Shown here: positions 57,716-64,000 of the stretch, one piece after another
Layout of the letters: every line of letters starts with the position of its first letter
Numbering within the stretch: position 1 is the first letter of the stretch
From: a virus
Strand: one strand, 5' to 3'
DNA length: 64,000 bases
UHGV virus genome: UHGV-1366976
Translations under genes and position numbers: made by a program
The notes under the pieces: generated by a model
Seen by the model: only the letters and a program-made list of their open reading frames with translations
Told to the model about the DNA's origin: nothing
Database searches by the model: none

Positions 57716-60151
57716 ATGGAATTAACTATTAGTGGATTTCCTAACCAGAAATTACCTTTTTCTAAGAAAGGTAAAGAATGGAGGAAAAGAGTTGTTGATT
57801 GGGCTGATAAAAGATCCTACTTCTTTGACTCTGTTGTTAGAAAAGCTTTTATTAATAAAAAAATCAATTATGATTTAATTAATGGAAAGCTTCATCTAGA
57901 TGATTTAAAGTTAATTCTAAATCCTGACAATATCAAAGCCTCTTATATTCCTAGTAATATTCAACACTATCCTATTATGAATAGTAAATTGAATGTATTA
58001 GCTGGAGAAGAAAAAGAAAGAAGATATGAATTCAAAGTAATAATTACTAATCCTGATGCTATTTCAGAACTTGAAATTAAAAAAAGACAAGAGCTTTCAG
58101 AAGCTTTATCTTCCCTCCTAGAAGAAGCATCACAAGATGAATCTATCTTGGATAAAGAATTAAAATCTCTTTCAGATTCTTTTAGATATGATTGGTCAGA
58201 TATAAGAGAGATAAGAGCAAATCAATTATTAAATCATTATTATAAAGAATTAAAACTAGATGTTAAGTTTAATGATGGTTTTATGGATGCAATGATTGTT
58301 GGTGAAGAATTATACCAATGTGATATTGTATCAGGAGAACCTATAGTAGAAAGACTTAATCCTAGAAAAGTTCATGTATTTAAAAATGGATATTCTAATA
58401 AAATAGAAGATGCAGATTTAATAATTTTAGATGACTTTTGGGCTCCTGGAAAAATATTAGATTATTATTATGATGATCTTTCTGATAATGATGTTAAAAA
58501 GTTAGAAGAATATTCTCCTTTTGCTGATTCATCTGAAGGATTAAATCTATATGATGATACTAAACTATTTGTTCCAAGATTCTCTTATTATGATGATAAT
58601 AATATTGATTTAGATTTTGCTTTTCAATCTGGAACAACTACACCTTCTTCTAACTATTATGATAATTTAGGTAATATTAGAGTATTAAGAATATTCTGGA
58701 AAAGTAAAAGGCTTGTTTTAAAAGTTAAGAAATATGACTTAGAAACAGGAGAGCCTTACTATGATTATTATCCTGAAGATTATAAAGTAAATGAAGCTCT
58801 TGGTGAAGAAGCTGAAAAACAATGGATTAATGAAGCATGGGAAGGAACTAAAATAGGTAGAGATATTTATATTAATATCAGACCTAGAAAGATCCAATAC
58901 AATAGAATGTCTAATCCATCCAGATGCCATTTTGGTATTATTGGTTCTGTCTATAATCTTAATGAATCTAGAGTCTATTCATTAGTAGATATGATGAAAC
59001 CATTTCAATACATGTATGATGCAGTACATGATAGATTAAATAAAGCTATTGCTAGAAACATGGGTAAGATTGTTAAATTAGATCTAGCTCTTATTCCTGA
59101 TGATTGGGAGATAGACAAATGGATGCATTTTGCTTATGTTAATGGTATTGCTGTAGTAGACTCTTTTAAAGAAGGTAATGTAGGTGCTGCTACTGGTAAA
59201 TTAGCAGGCTCTCTTAATAATAATAGTTCTGGAGTTATGAATGCTGAAACAGGTAATTATATACAACAGCATATAGCTTTATTAGAATTTATTAAACAAG
59301 AGATGTCTAAGATAGTAGGTATTACAGATCAAAGAGAAGGAGCAGTTCAAGCTTCAGAAACTGTTGGTGGTGTACAAACATCTGTTAGACAAAGTACTTA
59401 TATTACAGAAAGACTATTCTTAATTCATGATGATGTTAAGACAAGAGTACTAGAAGCTTTATTAGAAACTGCTAAAATAGCAATGAGAGGTTCTAGTAAA
59501 AAATATAATTTTATTTTAGATGACTTTTCTAGAGAACTTGTAACTATTAATGGAGATGAGTTTGCTGAGTGTGATTATGGTTTAGTAGTTGATAATTCTA
59601 TGAATACTTTAGAATTAACACAGAAATTAGATACATTAGCACAAGCAGCTTTACAAAATCAAGCTTTATCTTTCTCATCTATTATTAAGATTTATAATAG
59701 TAAATCTTTAGCTCAAGTACAAAGAACTATTGAAATAGATGAAGCAGATATTCAAGAAAGACAACAACAGCAACAACAAGCTGAACAAGAATTAGCTCAA
59801 TCTCAATTAGAACAACAAGCTCAAATAGAACAGGCTAAATTAAATCTTGAAAAATATAAAATTGATCAAGATAATCAAACTAAAATTCAAGTGGCTACTA
59901 TATCAGCTTTAGGATATTCTGAAGATAAAGATGTTAATGATAATAATATTCCTGATGTAGTAGAAATGAATAAATTAGCATTAGAAGAGATGAATGCTAT
60001 GGAAACTAACTCTTTAAAAAGAGAAGAACTTAGAATTAAAGAGAAGGAAGTTGAAATTAAAGCTCAGACTGAAAAATACAAAGCAGATAAGAGCTTAGAA
60101 GTTGCTAGAGAAAATAAAAATAAATATGATACTAAAACCAAGAAGACATGA
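57716..60151 (+). CDS. Portal protein (by synteny and size)
   Basis: 811-aa ORF directly after TerL. Gln-rich coiled-coil C-terminus (QERQQQQQQAEQELAQSQLEQQAQIEQ). No motif-level proof possible by eye. Confidence 0.5.
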   Translation: MELTISGFPNQKLPFSKKGKEWRKRVVDWADKRSYFFDSVVRKAFINKKINYDLINGKLHLDDLKLILNPDNIKASYIPSNIQHYPIMNSKLNVLAGEEKERRYEFKVIITNPDAISELEIKKRQELSEALSSLLEEASQDESILDKELKSLSDSFRYDWSDIREIRANQLLNHYYKELKLDVKFNDGFMDAMIVGEELYQCDIVSGEPIVERLNPRKVHVFKNGYSNKIEDADLIILDDFWAPGKILDYYYDDLSDNDVKKLEEYSPFADSSEGLNLYDDTKLFVPRFSYYDDNNIDLDFAFQSGTTTPSSNYYDNLGNIRVLRIFWKSKRLVLKVKKYDLETGEPYYDYYPEDYKVNEALGEEAEKQWINEAWEGTKIGRDIYINIRPRKIQYNRMSNPSRCHFGIIGSVYNLNESRVYSLVDMMKPFQYMYDAVHDRLNKAIARNMGKIVKLDLALIPDDWEIDKWMHFAYVNGIAVVDSFKEGNVGAATGKLAGSLNNNSSGVMNAETGNYIQQHIALLEFIKQEMSKIVGITDQREGAVQASETVGGVQTSVRQSTYITERLFLIHDDVKTRVLEALLETAKIAMRGSSKKYNFILDDFSRELVTINGDEFAECDYGLVVDNSMNTLELTQKLDTLAQAALQNQALSFSSIIKIYNSKSLAQVQRTIEIDEADIQERQQQQQQAEQELAQSQLEQQAQIEQAKLNLEKYKIDQDNQTKIQVATISALGYSEDKDVNDNNIPDVVEMNKLALEEMNAMETNSLKREELRIKEKEVEIKAQTEKYKADKSLEVARENKNKYDTKTKKT

Positions 60152-60483
60152 ATGAAGGAATTATAATGGCTGTAGTAACTCTAGTAACCAACACAATAAC
60201 TTATTTTGTGACCAACAAATACAAAAGAAAAAAAGAATCTTTTGAAATTATTAAAGAGTCTAGTGATTACTATTTAAATACAAATAACACTCTTCTAAAA
60301 GAAATAGAAGAAAGATCTAAACAAGTTATTGAATTAAATGGTAGAATAATTGTCTTAGAAAGAGAGAATAGATCTTTACAAATACAATTAGAAGAAACTA
60401 AAAAGATTTGTGAAGATAATGCTAAAACTATTAATGAATTAAAATCATTAGTAGAATCATTAAAACATTTGAACAAACTATAA
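60148..60483 (+). CDS. Small protein with N-terminal TM helix and coiled-coil
   Basis: AVVTLVTNTITYFV hydrophobic segment, then a heptad-rich region. Confidence 0.4.
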   Translation: MNEGIIMAVVTLVTNTITYFVTNKYKRKKESFEIIKESSDYYLNTNNTLLKEIEERSKQVIELNGRIIVLERENRSLQIQLEETKKICEDNAKTINELKSLVESLKHLNKL

Positions 60484-60503
60484 AATATTAAAGGAGAAGA
60501 AGA

Positions 60504-61628
60504 ATGAATGATGTAGATATTTTAGGTCTTAATGATTTTATGGAAATTCTTCCAGATGAAATTGAAGAGACTGAAGAGAATAAAGAAGAAATTGAAACTT
60601 CAGAAGAAGAAATTGAAGATGAAAATAAAAATAATACTAGTGAGGATGATAATCCAGGGGGAGTAGCTAGTGAGGATCAAGAAACAGAGGAGGAAGAAGA
60701 ACAAACTGTTGAGGAAACAACTTCTTCTCCAAATCTCTACAATACCCTAGCAAATGCTCTCAAACAGGAATCTGTCCTCCCTGATCTTGATCTAGAGAAT
60801 AAAGAATTAAAAAGTTGGGATGATTTCAAAGATGTATTTAAAGAATACATTGAAAAAGAAGTTGAATCCAAACTAGATGAAACTGATAAGTTTATCAAGA
60901 AAGCTATTGAGAATGGAGCAGATACAAAAGAAATTTTGCAATATAAGAATAGCTTAGATTACTTAGAAAGTTTAACAGAAGATCAATTAAAAGAGGAAGG
61001 ACAAGATGGTGAAGCATTAAGAGCTAATATTATTTATCAAGATTATCTTAATAGAGGAATATCTGAAGAAAAAGCTAAAGCTAAAGTTAAAAAGATATTT
61101 GATAGAGGAGATGATATTGATGAAGTATTTGATGCTCTAGAATCTAATAAAGAATTTTTTAATTCTAAGATAGAAGAAATTAATGCAGAAGCTGAAGAGA
61201 AAGCTAAAAAATTAAAGAAAGAACAAGAAGATTTTTATAATGACTTATATGATTCTATTTCTAAAGATAGAGAACCTATTAAAGGAATTAAAATCACAGA
61301 AGAAACATCTAAGAAAATCTTAAACACTCTCAAAAAACCTATTGCTAAAGATGATAATGGAAGACCATTAAATGCTGTTCAAAAATATGCAAAAGAAAAT
61401 CCAAAAGATTTTCAAAAAGTTATAGGAACTCTATTTGTATTAACAGATGGTTTTAAAAGCTTTGATAAGATTATGAAAGCAACTAAAAAAGTGGCTAAAA
61501 GAAAAGCTGTTGATGATTTAGAAAGAGTACTTGTTTCTCAACCTATTGGCTTATCAGACAATCCTCTACCTTTTAATTCAAAATCTTCTGGTATCTATGG
61601 AAGAGATTGGGATATTGTCCTTGATTAA
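60504..61628 (+). CDS. Acidic coiled-coil protein, putative scaffolding protein
   Basis: Extremely acidic N-terminal 100 aa (EIEETEENKEEIETSEEEIEDE...). Helical K/E-rich body. Sits between the portal and the capsid-like gene. Confidence 0.35.
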   Translation: MNDVDILGLNDFMEILPDEIEETEENKEEIETSEEEIEDENKNNTSEDDNPGGVASEDQETEEEEEQTVEETTSSPNLYNTLANALKQESVLPDLDLENKELKSWDDFKDVFKEYIEKEVESKLDETDKFIKKAIENGADTKEILQYKNSLDYLESLTEDQLKEEGQDGEALRANIIYQDYLNRGISEEKAKAKVKKIFDRGDDIDEVFDALESNKEFFNSKIEEINAEAEEKAKKLKKEQEDFYNDLYDSISKDREPIKGIKITEETSKKILNTLKKPIAKDDNGRPLNAVQKYAKENPKDFQKVIGTLFVLTDGFKSFDKIMKATKKVAKRKAVDDLERVLVSQPIGLSDNPLPFNSKSSGIYGRDWDIVLD

Positions 61629-61654
61629 ATATTATAATAATTAATTGAATAAAA

Positions 61655-62245
61655 ATGATTGGAAAGTATGTAATGAGAGAAGCCAAGACCTTGAATGGTT
61701 TGGTTTCAGATAATGCTTTGGCTTCTATTTTTCAGAGTGCCCCTCAAAAAGCTTCAAATCTTATGATCAAATTACTCTATGCAAATAGAGGTATGTCTCT
61801 TGAAAGAAATTTGATGAGATTCCCTGTTAAATATTTTGAAACAGATGATGATTATACTTGGGAACTTATTGGTTCTTCTAGGAGAAATATTGCTTTGGTT
61901 GAAGCTAGATATAATGGTACTGTTGTTGAAGCTGATGACTTTAATGTAGGTATTGGTGGATCTACTATCGAACTAGTATTCCCTGAAAACTATTTCTTTG
62001 ATGGTTACATTATTGTGGGTGAAAAGAATGAGGAATATCCTTTTAGAATTCTTGAAGAGCCTAGAGTAGAAGGTACATATTATGTTTATAAAGTAGAACT
62101 TACAGGTAAGAATAAACAGAATGGTTGTCCTGGTGAAGAGCTAGTTGGAGGTAAAAGATTCTCTGATGAATATGCTCCTGTAGAAAGAGAGATGAGTAGA
62201 AAAGTTGGTGATAGACTAAAAATATTTTATGTCACCCTATTCCAG
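61655..62245 (+). CDS. Putative major capsid protein, exon 1 (true 3' end of exon 1 lies at or before 62245)
   Basis: Position after TerL-portal-scaffold. The ORF terminates and is followed by a HEG and a structured region, after which a long ORF in another frame resumes. Confidence 0.45.
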
Positions 62246-63379
62246 TAATGGATAGTTAAAAAATGGGCAAATTAGGTGGAACTACCTATTAAGGTACAAT
62301 ACCTAGCTAATGCATTCCTAACTAGAATGCACAGTGTAGAGAGTAGGAAATGAGGATAAAATAATTATCTAATGAAAGGATATATTTATAAAATTACCAA
62401 TAAGGTAAATGGGAAGTCCTATATTGGACAAACTAGATATACTGTAGAATTTAGATGGAAACAACATCAATTTAAAAAAGATAATTGTCATTTTCATAAT
62501 GCAATTAAAAAATATGGTACAGATAATTTTACAGTAGAAATATTAGAAGAATGTGAATTTAAAGACTTAGATAGTAGAGAAATGTTTTATATTGCTAAAT
62601 ATGATACATTTAACAATGGATATAATTCTACTATAGGAGGAGATGGTAGAAGAAAGATAATTTCTGATAATCAATATGATGAAATAAAAGAGCTTTATTT
62701 ATCAGGATTTAGTGGATATAAAATTTCTAAATTATATGATGTAGATAAAGCTACTATTTTAAAGATTTTACATTCTATGAATGTTAAGATAAGAAATAAT
62801 AATCTTAACATAAATCATCAAGAATTTTTAGAACTTAAAAGGGATTATGAAATTGGATATTCTTTAAGAGAATTATCTAAAAGATATGATTGTAGTCCAA
62901 CAGGTTTGAAAGAATTCTTAGAAAAAAGAGGTGTTGATCTTAGAATTAGATATTCTATTCTGAAAGACCAAGAAGCACAAAATAATTTAATAAATGATTA
63001 TTTAGATGGAAAATTAAAATTGTCTGAAATAGAATCTAAATATCATTGTAGTTATGCAACTCTTTTAAAAATCCTTTCATTGCATGGTATAAATAAAGGA
63101 AAGAAACATTTTAAAATGACTTCAGAAGAATGTTTAAATGCTATTAAAATGTTTAATGATGGAAAATCTGTTAAAGAGATTTCTAAACATTTTGAAGTAG
63201 ATAAAGGAACTATATATTCTTTATTTAAAAGATACCATGTTAATTATTTGACAGTATAATTTTCCCAAGAGTGTCCACTTCCTAATAGGTAATGCTAAGG
63301 AAGAAAATGTACTCCAAGTTGCCTCTAAAAGAGGTTTCTCAGATAAAGAGCTGAGAAAGTAAAAACTAGGTAAGATATG
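62246..63379 (+). mobile_element. Group I intron (approximate limits) carrying a GIY-YIG homing endonuclease
   Basis: A non-coding 123-nt 5' segment, the HEG, and a 110-130-nt 3' segment with no ORF lie between the two capsid ORF halves. The downstream frame is open only from 63370. The architecture mirrors the T4 td/I-TevI intron. Confidence 0.55.
62372..63259 (+). CDS. GIY-YIG homing endonuclease (I-TevI-like) with C-terminal HTH/NUMOD-like repeats
   Basis: N-terminus MKGYIYKITNKVNGKSYIGQTRYTVEFRWKQHQF parallels I-TevI GIYQIKNTLNNKVYVGSAKDFEKRWKRHF. Four repeats of a ~20-aa helix-turn-helix unit (KISKLYDVDKATILKIL, LRELSKRYDCSPTGLKEFL, KLSEIESKYHCSYATLLKIL, VKEISKHFEVDKGTIYSLF). Confidence 0.8.
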   Translation: MKGYIYKITNKVNGKSYIGQTRYTVEFRWKQHQFKKDNCHFHNAIKKYGTDNFTVEILEECEFKDLDSREMFYIAKYDTFNNGYNSTIGGDGRRKIISDNQYDEIKELYLSGFSGYKISKLYDVDKATILKILHSMNVKIRNNNLNINHQEFLELKRDYEIGYSLRELSKRYDCSPTGLKEFLEKRGVDLRIRYSILKDQEAQNNLINDYLDGKLKLSEIESKYHCSYATLLKILSLHGINKGKKHFKMTSEECLNAIKMFNDGKSVKEISKHFEVDKGTIYSLFKRYHVNYLTV

Positions 63380-64000
63380 CAACTCCATTCTCTATGAGAA
63401 ATGAATTCTCTACTATTAGAATTTCTACTAAAGTAGCTGGGAATAAGATGAATAGAAAACTTGAAACTGGTATTCCTGTAATGACTAAGGAAGGTAAACT
63501 TCAAGTTAATAAAATGTGGATTCATCAAGTAGACTGGACATTAGAGGAACAATTTGCTAAAGATAAATCTCATGTATTGATGTATGGAGTCTCTAATAGA
63601 GATGAACATGGTGAATACTATGACTTTGGTAAATCTGGTAATGTTATCAAGATGGGTGCAGGTATTAGGGAACAAATGAGTTATGGTAATGTTGTTTACT
63701 ATAATAAATTTGATCTTAAACTATTAGAGAAAGCTCTAGTAGATCTGTCTGTATCTAAACTTGATATGAAAGATAGGAAATTTATTTTAAGAACTGGTGA
63801 ATATGGAGCAATTCAATTCAATAAAGCTGTTCTAGATGTAGTATCTGGATGGTCAGCATTCTCATATTTGAGAGGTTCTGATCAACCTGGAATTATTTCT
63901 AAGGCTAATTCTAATTTGCATCAGACTGCTTTGACTGCTGGATTCCAGTTTGTTGGTTATAGAGCTCCTAATAATGTTGAAGTGTTCTTGGAGGTTGATC
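63370..64000 (+). CDS. Putative major capsid protein, exon 2 (partial; continues beyond window; start +/- 25 nt)
   Basis: Frame open from 63370 to the window end with no stop (..VRYATPFSMRNEFSTIRISTKVAGNKMNRKLETGIPVMTKEG...). Not reported in the ORF track because it is unterminated. Confidence 0.45.

Noticed and set aside
60488-60503. AAGGAG Shine-Dalgarno-like sequence before gene 60504
   Set aside because: Isolated case. Most genes lack any SD, consistent with a Bacteroidota host, so it was not annotated as an RBS.
1-64000. CRISPR arrays, tRNA genes, integrase/excisionase, attachment sites
   Set aside because: No direct-repeat/spacer periodicity, no recognisable tRNA cloverleaf in intergenic regions by eye (tRNAscan needed), and no tyrosine/serine recombinase motifs. 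The element looks strictly lytic in this window.

Overview
AT-rich (~29% GC) window from a large lytic double-stranded DNA phage genome, most consistent with a crAss-like (Crassvirales-like) Bacteroidota phage, with three transcription blocks. (1) 1-13057 on the + strand: the end of a virion module with a 2955-aa giant protein carrying an RNA-polymerase-like DFDVDKM catalytic loop, followed by a 1379-aa protein. (2) 13117-48897 on the - strand: a long DNA-metabolism and replication block, followed by about 25 small ORFs of unknown function. (3) 50117-64000 on the + strand: small early-type ORFs, then large terminase, portal, an acidic scaffold-like protein and an interrupted capsid-like gene. 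The replication block encodes a T4 gp1-like dNMP kinase, ThyX, a metallophosphoesterase, dUTPase, a DEDDh exonuclease, a family-A DNA polymerase, a class II ribonucleotide reductase, a RecB-family nuclease, RusA, a primase, SSB, a Sak4-like ATPase and a DnaB-like helicase. The two blocks diverge at an iteron- and palindrome-rich region (47.8-50.1 kb). Four self-splicing or homing elements are visible: a group I intron with a LAGLIDADG homing endonuclease that splits nrdJ exactly at the TVYRDGSR motif; two LAGLIDADG inteins inside the large terminase; and a group I intron with an I-TevI-like GIY-YIG endonuclease splitting the putative major capsid gene. The most unusual cargo is an ~8 kb cluster inside the replication block (25006-33225) encoding two GS-like amidoligases, a class II glutamine amidotransferase, an ATP-grasp ligase, a class I GATase/C26-like hydrolase, a gamma-glutamyl cyclotransferase and several unknown proteins. 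This is a candidate peptide or gamma-glutamyl metabolite tagging system, possibly a DNA-base hypermodification system. A recurrent Bacteroidota-type promoter (TTTG-N20-TATCTTTG) was found by eye. All functional calls are from motif reading of the translated ORFs and no database search was possible.
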